Assembly (NCBI GenBank): GCA_026936335.1
Contig: JAPMXV010000071.1
Span: forward strand, 228,756-292,755
Direction: 5' to 3'
Source: Mantamonas sphyraenae STR306
Lineage: Eukaryota > Protista > CRuMs
DNA: 64,000 nucleotides
Part shown: piece after piece, positions 57,801-64,000 of the stretch
Numbering within the stretch: the first letter of the stretch is position 1
Layout of the letters: every line of letters begins with the position of its first letter
Made by a program: the position numbers and the translations under genes
The notes under the pieces: model-generated
The model's input: only the letters and a program-made list of their open reading frames with translations
Database searches by the model: none
What the model was told of the DNA's origin: nothing

Positions 57801-58476
57801 TGATGCGTTTCGGGACGCGGTTGTGGTTTGTTGTGGGTTGAGCAGGCGGAGGGTGCAACGGAGTCTGAGCGAAGTGCATCTGGGCGGTTTGTCGCGGCTG
57901 AGGAGGCGGCGGAGGAGGGTAGGCGTAGTATGGGTGGCCCTGAGAAGCATACGCGTGGTACTGCTGAGGATGGGTGTTGACAGGGACCCAGATGATGGGT
58001 GGTTGTGGATGCTGGTACGGGTTTTGTACGCCTTGGACGGGCAGCATGTTCGGAAACGGCTGGGTAGCCATGGGAGGGACCATGTACCCATAGCTGTGGG
58101 GGAGACGCGGAGGGGCAAGGCGGGGTGGGAGCGGCGAGCGGAAGCCGGTGTGGACGCCGTCAGAGCAGAAGCAGGGTGAAGGGAGGCTGGAACGAGCAGA
58201 GAGGGAAAATCGGAGGAGATTGGCAGACGGGGAAACTGGCAACGGAGAGGGCAGTGACAGGGGAGAGGGGATCGGAGAAGAGCGGAGAAGGCAGCGACGG
58301 TGGTGCTGGGGAAGTGGAGATGCAGGGGAGGAGTGCAGGGAAGCGACGGAGTCATGGAGGAGGCAAGGAAGCGGGAGAAGCGGGCAGTCAGAAAACGGAG
58401 TGGAAGGCAGAACGCACGCTGGGTAGGTGTTGGGTGTGTGTTGTTGCTTCGGAGTGTCTGAGTAGTCCTTGTCCAT
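54886..58476 (-). CDS. Subtelomeric modular-repeat protein A (2 modules of ~376-378 aa, bipartite NLS-like tail); exons 58476-58418, 58093-54886
   Basis: Phase-2 intron (GC|GTGCGT...CCCACAG|C) conserved in paralog B; P/Q/Y-rich then acidic N-terminus; modules start at 57177 and 56043; ends PKRKDP-S10-KRQRLE. Confidence 0.8.
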   Translation of the reverse strand: MDKDYSDTPKQQHTPNTYPACVLPSTPFSDCPLLPLPCLLHDSVASLHSSPASPLPQHHRRCLLRSSPIPSPLSLPSPLPVSPSANLLRFSLSARSSLPSPCFCSDGVHTGFRSPLPPRLAPPRLPHSYGYMVPPMATQPFPNMLPVQGVQNPYQHPQPPIIWVPVNTHPQQYHAYASQGHPYYAYPPPPPPQPRQTAQMHFAQTPLHPPPAQPTTNHNRVPKRISPAFVGITRTTSTTTSSSSSQQATRQTGDSDDDNADQDTHTHDTGDVEDLMFLNFGHREPRTISSISEWMTSSGMEAYEEDGEADDAPQQHVEDEMETRGSLSNADAGDAMDEEYMLQDDSDDDADDLEQEDKAEWQPRRTRGGHTQRRRGLSSRRTGPQKLKGCGQRRLRVTAGSGTETGTSSTRARMAKNGDTGARKNTGVDKTNKLPDDVARKGWSMNWRSEERSHSNKKEHTALLNHMHSLANEHPIDDISDLMTLQARVLVCHGTLITLVRQIQLALGNIPLSQGDMALCLTVLGREVDQYACSAAIRHAGLAMGVTKSGLKVGWLEEPHDHGDPNYALLHLLMTEMDTLGDRPHPITWKEHQQTQLWLQKARRPADNDSDPHWTQCDYDHHLTTTKVDKWQSESVRSGWSYAPTSDERGSCTAREFQTLLVHMQTRAAKHPRHQHTREHYALRELINNGSLMSLVRHIVLALGNVGVPPVDLAFFVRLLRPQLTYQQFSPAISKSLTRGVTSLSLKIAWLDNLKPSDATLHTLLHTLIDRITPHITNRPTTFDAVNFLRIPELVLPEPTDEEKMMAVEDGLPDGVVRSGWTHWRKSERSHRNKKEHTALLNRMHTLVNEHPMNDIRDLLILQARVVVCHGTLLALIRQIQLALGIIPLSQGDMAFCLTLLGRDIDQKACSLAILHAGLAMGVTKAGLKVCWLEEPHDHGDPNYALLHMLMTEMDTLGNRTHPSTWKEHQQTQLWLQKARRPADNDSDPHWTQCDYDHHLTTTNMEKWHPVSVRRGWSTYLHNDERGSCTAREFQTLLAHMKARAAKHPRLQHTHEHQALRELTNNGSLRSLVRHIILALGNVGVPPVDLAFFVRLLRPHLTYKLVQGAISATLTRGVTALSLKIAWVDKPKPSDATLHSLLHTLIDRITPHITTRPTTVALVNAYPIPLFTLPKRKDPSSSSSSSSSSSKRQRLE

Positions 58477-58570
58477 GATGGTGGTGATGGTGCTGGAGTG
58501 CATGTGGATTGTGTTGGACAGCTGGAGGGTGGTGTGGGAGTTGGTGATACTTTGGTTGAAGGCGGATGGG

Positions 58571-58747
58571 TGGGGTGCACAGGGGGGCGAGGCTAAAGAG
58601 ACGGGGTTGGTGATGAATGGGGAAGAGGGGGAGGCGATGTTTGGGTGTGGTGGGATAGAGGCGTATGTGGAGAAGGGAGGGTCGGAAGGGTGGGTGACAC
58701 TCCCGGATGAGGTGATGGAGAGGGTGGTTGGGTGGGTGGGGAGGTGA
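58571..58747 (+). pseudogene. Detached 3' fragment of the ankyrin/F-box-like gene family (copy 2)
   Basis: Translates WGAQGGEAKETGLVMNGEEGEAMFGCGGIEAYVEKGGSEGWVTLPDEVMERVVGWVGR*, homologous to 53168-53351. Confidence 0.8.
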
Positions 58748-58781
58748 GGGTGAGTGGGAGGGAGAGGGAATGAAGAGTGGT

Positions 58782-61700
58782 TCATTCGAGGCGTTGGCGT
58801 TTGGAGGAGGAGGAGGAGGAGGAAGGGTCTTTGCGCTTGGGCAGGGTGAAAGGGGGGATTGGGTAGGCGTTGACGAGTGCGGGGGTGGTGGGACGGGTGG
58901 TGATGTGGGGTGTGATGCGGTCGATGAGGGTGTGGAGGAGGGTGTGCAGTGTGGCGTCGCTGGGTTTGGGGTTGTCGAGCCAGGCGATCTTGAGGGAGAG
59001 GGAGGTGACGCCGCGAGTGAGGGTGACGCTGATGGCCTGTTGAACCTTCTTGTAGGTGAGGCGTGGACGGAGGAGGCGAACAAAGAAGGCCTGATCGACA
59101 GGCGGCACGCCAACATTGCCCAGCGCCAGGATGATGTGTCGCACAAGGGACTGCAGGTTGCCGTTGTTGATCAGCTCACACAGTGCCTGGTGCTCGTGTG
59201 CGTGCTGATGGCGAGGGTGCTTGGCTGCGCGTGCCTTCACGTGTGCCAGCAGCGTCTGGAACTCCCGCGCCGTGCAGCTGCCACGCTCGTCGTTGGGATT
59301 GTGCGTTGCCCAGCCACTGCGCACAGACTCGTTATGCCACTTTTCCACCTCAGTGGTGGTGAGGTGGTGGTCGTAGTCGCATTGTGTCCAGTGTGGGTCG
59401 CTGTCGCTGTCAGCAGGGCGTCGTGCTTTCTGCAGCCACAGCTGGGTCTGCTCGTGCTCCTTCCAGGTGGTGGGATGGGGCCTGTCGCCGAGAGTGTCCA
59501 TCTCTGTCATGAGAAGGTGGAGGAGGGCGTAGTTGGGGTCGCCGTGGTCGTGTGGCTCCTCCAGCCAGCACACCTTCAACCCAGCCTTTGTGATACCCAT
59601 GGCCAGACCAGCGTTCTGGATGGCAGCACTGCACGTATGTTGATCCATGTCACGGCCGAGAAGGGTGAGGCAGAGGGCCATGCCGCCCTGGGAGAGGGGT
59701 GTGTTGCCCACAGCGAGCTGAATCTGTCTGACCAGCGTGCGCAGGGTGCCATGGCAGACCACAACACGTGCCTGAAGGTTCATGAGGTCGGGGATGTCGT
59801 CGATGGGATGGTCATTGGCCAGGGTGTGCATGTGGTTCAGCAGTGCCGTGTGCTCCTTCTTGTTGCTGTGGCTGCGCTCGCTCTTGCGCCAGTTTGTCCA
59901 GCCACTGCAAACAACGCCATCTGGCAGTCCATCCTCCACGACCAACCCATCCTCCTCCGTGGGCTCAGGAAGAATAATCTCGGGGATGTCGAGGGTGTTG
60001 ACTGCGTCGACGGTGGTGGGACGGGTGGTGATGTGGGGTGTGATGCGCTCGATGAGGGTGTGGAGGAGGGTGTGCAGTGTGGCGTCGCTGGGTTTGGGGT
60101 TGTCGAGCCAGGCGATCTTGAGGGAGAGGGAGGTGACACCGCGAGTGAGGGTGTCGCTGATGGCATGTCGTAACTTCTGGTAGGTGAGGTGTGGCCTGAG
60201 GAGGCGGACAAAGAAGGCCAGGTCGACAGGCGGCACGCCAACGTTGCCCAGCGCCAGGATGATGTGTCGCAGCAGGGACAGCAGGCTGCCGTTGTTGATC
60301 AGCTCACGCAGTGTCTGGTGCTCGTGTGTGTGCTGATGGCGAGGGTGCTTGGCTGCGCGTGCCTTCATGTGTGCCAGCAGCGTCTGGAACTCCCGCGCCG
60401 TGCAGCTGCCACGCTCGTCGCTGGGATTGTGCGCTGCCCAGCCACTGCGCACAGGACTCGTTATGCCACTTGTCCATCTCAGTGGTGGTGGGTGGTGGTC
60501 GTAGTCGCATTGTGTCCAATGTGGGTCGCTGTCGTTGTCAGCAGGGCGTCGTGCCTTCTGCAGCCACAGCTGGGTCTGCTTGTGCTCCTTCCAGGTGGTG
60601 GGATGGGATCTGTCGCCAAGTGTGTCCATCTCTGTCATGAGGAGGTGGAGGAGGGCGTAGTTGGGGTCGCCGTGGTCGTGTGGCTCTTCCAGCCAGCACA
60701 CCTTCAACCCAGCCTTTGTCACACCCATGGCCAGACCAGCGTTCTGGATGGCAGCACTGCACGCCTGTTGATCCATGTCACGGCCGAGAAGGGTGAGGCA
60801 GAGGGCCATGTCGCCCTGGGAGAGGGGAATGTTGCCCAGAGCGAGCTGAATCTGTCGGACCAGCGTGCTCAGGGTGCCATGGCAGACCACAACACGTGCC
60901 TGCAGGGTCATGAGGTCGGAGATGTCGTCGATGGGATGCTCGTTGGCCAGATTGTGCATGTGGTTCAGCAGTGCCGTGTGCTCCTTTTTGTTGCTGTGGC
61001 TGCGCTCGTTGCTGCGCCAGGACTTCCAGCCACTGCGCACAACGTCATCTGGCAATCCATCCTCCGCGGCCATCTTCTCCTCCTCAGTGGGCTCAGGAAG
61101 AATAAGCTCGGTGATATCGATGGCGTTGACGGCATCGATGGTGGTGGGGCGGGTGGTGATGTGGGGTGTGATGCGGTCGATGAGGGTGTGGAGGAGGGTG
61201 TGCAGTGTGGCGTCGCTGGATTTGGGGTTGTCAAGCCAGGCGATCTTGAGGGAGAGGGATGTGACACCACGGGTGAGGGTGTTCTTGATGGCACCTTGCA
61301 CCTGCTGGTAGGTGAGTTGAGGTCTGAGGAGGCGGACAAAGAAGGCCAGGTCGACAGGAGGCACGCCAACGTTGCCCAGCGCCAGCATGATGTGTCGCAG
61401 CAGGGACATCTTGCTGCCGTTGTTGATCAACTCACGCAGTGTCTGGTTCTCGTGTGTGTGCTGATGGCGAGGGTACTTGGCTGCGCGTGCCTTCATGTGT
61501 GCCAGCAGCTTCTGGAACTCCCGCGCCGTGCAGCTGCCTCGCTCGTCGTGATTGGCACTGTTCCAGCCACTGCGCACAGACTCAGGATACCACTTGTCCA
61601 CCTCGGTGGTGGTGGTGAGGTGGTGGTCGTAGTCGCATTGTGTCCAGTGTGGGTCGCTGTCGTTGTCAGCAGGGCGTCGTGCTTCCTGCAGCCACAGCTG

Positions 61701-63488
61701 GGTCTGCTCGTGCTCCTTCCAGGTGGTGGGATGGGGCCTGTCGCCGAGAGTGTCCATCTCTGTCATGATGAGGTGGAGGAGGGCGTAGTTGGGGTCGCCG
61801 TGGTCGTGTGGCTCCTCCAGCCAGCACACCTTCAACTCAGCCTTTGTCACACCCATGGCCAGACCAGCGTTGAGGATGGCAAGGCTGCACCCACGTTGAT
61901 CCATGTCACGGCCGAGAAGGGTGAGGCAGAGTGCCATGTCGCCCTGGGAGAGGGGACTGTTGCCCAGTGCGAGCTGAATTTGTCGGACAAGTGTGGTCAG
62001 GGAGCCATGACAGACCACGACACGCGCTTGCAGGGCCATGAGGTCGGAGAAGTCGTCGAGGGGATGCTCGTTGGCCAGAGTGTGCATGTACTTCAGCAGT
62101 GCCGTGTGCTCCTTCTTGTTGCTGTGGCTGCGCTCGTCGCTGTGTCCAGCTGTCCACCCTTTTCGTACAACACCATCTCGCAACTTGTTGGTCTTGTCCA
62201 CGCCTGCTTCCATCCGTGCGCCGGTGTCTCCGTTCTTGGCCCTCCTTGCCTGTGTGCTCGACGTTCCTGTCTCTGTGCCACTGCCAGCCGTGACCCTGTG
62301 CCTGCTCTGTCCGCTGCCTTTCATCTGTTGGGTGGGGACCAGTACGTCGGCTGGTAGAGACTCTACGTCGTCGTGTGCGGCCTCTACTTGTGCGTCTTGG
62401 CTGCCATTCGTCCGCGTCCTCCTGTTCCAGGTCGTCTGTGTCGCCGTCGCTGTCGTCTTGCGGCATGTACTCCTCATCCATGGCATCTCCAGTGTCTGCA
62501 TTGCTGAATGTGCCCTGAGTCTTCAATTCGTCGTCCACGTGCTGCTGGGTTGCGTCGTGTGCCTCGCCGTCTTCTTCATACGTCTCCATCCCTGAGCTGG
62601 TCATCCACTCTGTGTTGCTGGACATTGACCGTGGTTCACGGTGGCAAAAGTTCAGGAACATCAGGTCCTCCACGTCGCCGGTGTCTTCTGTGTGCGTGTC
62701 CTGGTCTGCCTCGTCGTCGTCGCTGTCTCCAGTCTGCCGTGTGGCTTGGTTGGAGGAGGACGACAATGTGGTGGTGGATGTGGTCCGTTTGATGCTAACA
62801 AAAGCAAGACTGACGCGTTTGGGGACGCGGTTGTGGTTTCCGGTGGGCTGAGTAGGCGGAGGGCGCCACGGAGTCTGAGCGAAGTGCATCTGGGCGGTTT
62901 GTCGCGGCTGAGGAGGCGGCGGAGGAGAGTAGGCGTAGTATGGATGGCCCAGATGGGCATATGCGTGGTGCTGCTGGGGATGGGTGTTGACAGGGACCCA
63001 GATGATGGGTGGTTGTGGGTGCTGGTACGGGTTTTGTACGCCAGAAACGGGCAGCATGTTCGAAAACGGCTGGGCAGCCATGGGAGGGACCATGTACGCG
63101 TAGCTGTGGGGGAGACGGGGAGGGGAAGGGCGGGGTGGTACCGGTGAGCGGAAGGCGGAAGGGACGCCGTCAGGGCAGAAGCGGGGGTGAAGGGAGGCTG
63201 GGACGAGCAAAGAGGGAAAAACGAAGGAGATTGGCAGACCGGGAAAATTGGCAACTGGGAGGGCAGTGACAGGGGAGAGGGGATTGGAGAAGAGCGGAGA
63301 AGGCAGCAACGGTGGTGATGGGGAAGGGGAGATGCAGGGGAGGAGTGCAGGGAAGGGACGGAGGCATCGAGGAGGCAAGGAAGCGGGAGGAGCGGGCAGT
63401 CAGAAAACGGAGTGGAAGGCAGAACGCACGCTGGGTACGTGTTGGGTGTGTGTTGTTGCTTGGGAGTGCTTGAATAGTCTTTGTCCAT
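58782..63488 (-). CDS. Subtelomeric modular-repeat protein B (3 modules of 376 aa); exons 63488-63430, 63103-58782; apparent frameshift near 62334 (pseudogene or assembly error)
   Basis: Colinear paralog of A; modules start at 62183, 61055 and 59927 (1128-bp period); a net 4-nt insertion relative to A splits ORFs 61906-63378 and 58782-62501. Confidence 0.75.
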
Positions 63489-63758
63489 GGTGGTGGTGGT
63501 AGTACAGGAGTGTATGTGGATTGTGTTGGACTGGTGGAGGGTGTAGTGGGTGTTGGTGATACTTTGGTTGAAGGCGGATGGGCAGTGCTGACTGCGCGGC
63601 GTTGCAGGACGACGGACACTCACCAGCAACATTTCCACTCCCACCCATTGCCCACTGCCCTATGTCACCACCCAATTCAGCTACCGCGCCAGCAAACACA
63701 AGCATAACTCACATCACATAGACCGGACGCATCATATACGATAGATCATCATTCAGCG

Positions 63759-64000
63759 TTAGGGTTAGGTTAGGGTTAGGGTTAGGGTTAGGGTTAGGAT
63801 TAGGGTTAGGGTTAGGGTTAGGGTTAGGGTTAGGGTTAGGGTTAGGGTTAGGGTTAGGGTTAGGGTAGGGTAGGGTTAGGGTTAGGGTTAGGGGTTAGGG
63901 TTAGGGTTAGGGTTAGGGTTAGGGTTAGGTTAGGTTAGGGTTAGGGTTAGGGGTTAGGGTTAGGGTTAGGGTTAGGGTTAGGGTTAGGTTAGGGGTTAGG
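63759..64000 (+). repeat. Telomeric repeat (TTAGGG)n
   Basis: About 40 tandem TTAGGG units running to the window end, G-rich strand 5'->3' toward the end, with a few variant units. Confidence 0.98.

Noticed and set aside
58477-58785. N-terminal extension of the 1299-aa ORF
   Set aside because: The frame stays open by chance through a 324-nt intron and the antisense ANK fragment; the paralog's 326-nt intron breaks this frame.
62325-62361. 37-nt mini-intron rescuing the paralog B frameshift
   Set aside because: Weak donor (GTCTCT), much shorter than the smallest modelled intron (67 nt), and absent in paralog A.
54886-63488. Telomeric retrotransposon or DNA transposon
   Set aside because: I see no RT, integrase/DDE, helicase or endonuclease motifs, no terminal repeats and no poly(A) tail, and both copies have a conserved spliceosomal intron.
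63759-64000. Variant telomere units (TTAGG, TTAGGGG, TAGGG, TTAGGA) as a degenerate telomerase template
   Set aside because: They cannot be distinguished from long-read homopolymer errors without raw reads.

Overview
The window is the last 64 kb of a linear chromosome arm from a compact, GC-rich unicellular eukaryote, ending in a (TTAGGG)n telomere at 63759-64000. It is probably a flagellated protist, since it carries IFT70; I cannot name the species. The standard genetic code and short GT-AG introns (often with CA/TG microsatellites and CTGAC/CTCAC branch points) explain about 29 genes. Most are housekeeping genes (RAD23, NOC2, V-ATPase c'', calreticulin, Twinkle, TRM10, SLC33A1, RABGGTA, EBP2, RUVBL2, IFT70, SRP68, DDX6, NAP/SET), many packed with intergenic gaps of about 15-110 bp and one ATGA stop/start overlap. 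Accessory content includes a 10.4-kb intronless surface protein (12 near-identical 405-bp cadherin-like repeats + EGF + REJ + GAIN/GPS + 1 TM) and two ankyrin proteins sharing a C-terminal F-box-like motif. The best novelty candidate is next to the telomere: two tandem paralogs of an unrecognised nuclear-looking protein built from 2 and 3 copies of a ~376-aa module. Each module contains two helix-turn-helix-like half-domains, and the variation is concentrated at putative recognition-helix positions, suggesting a modular, TALE-like DNA-binding repertoire. All exon models and domain calls were read by eye; no searches were run.
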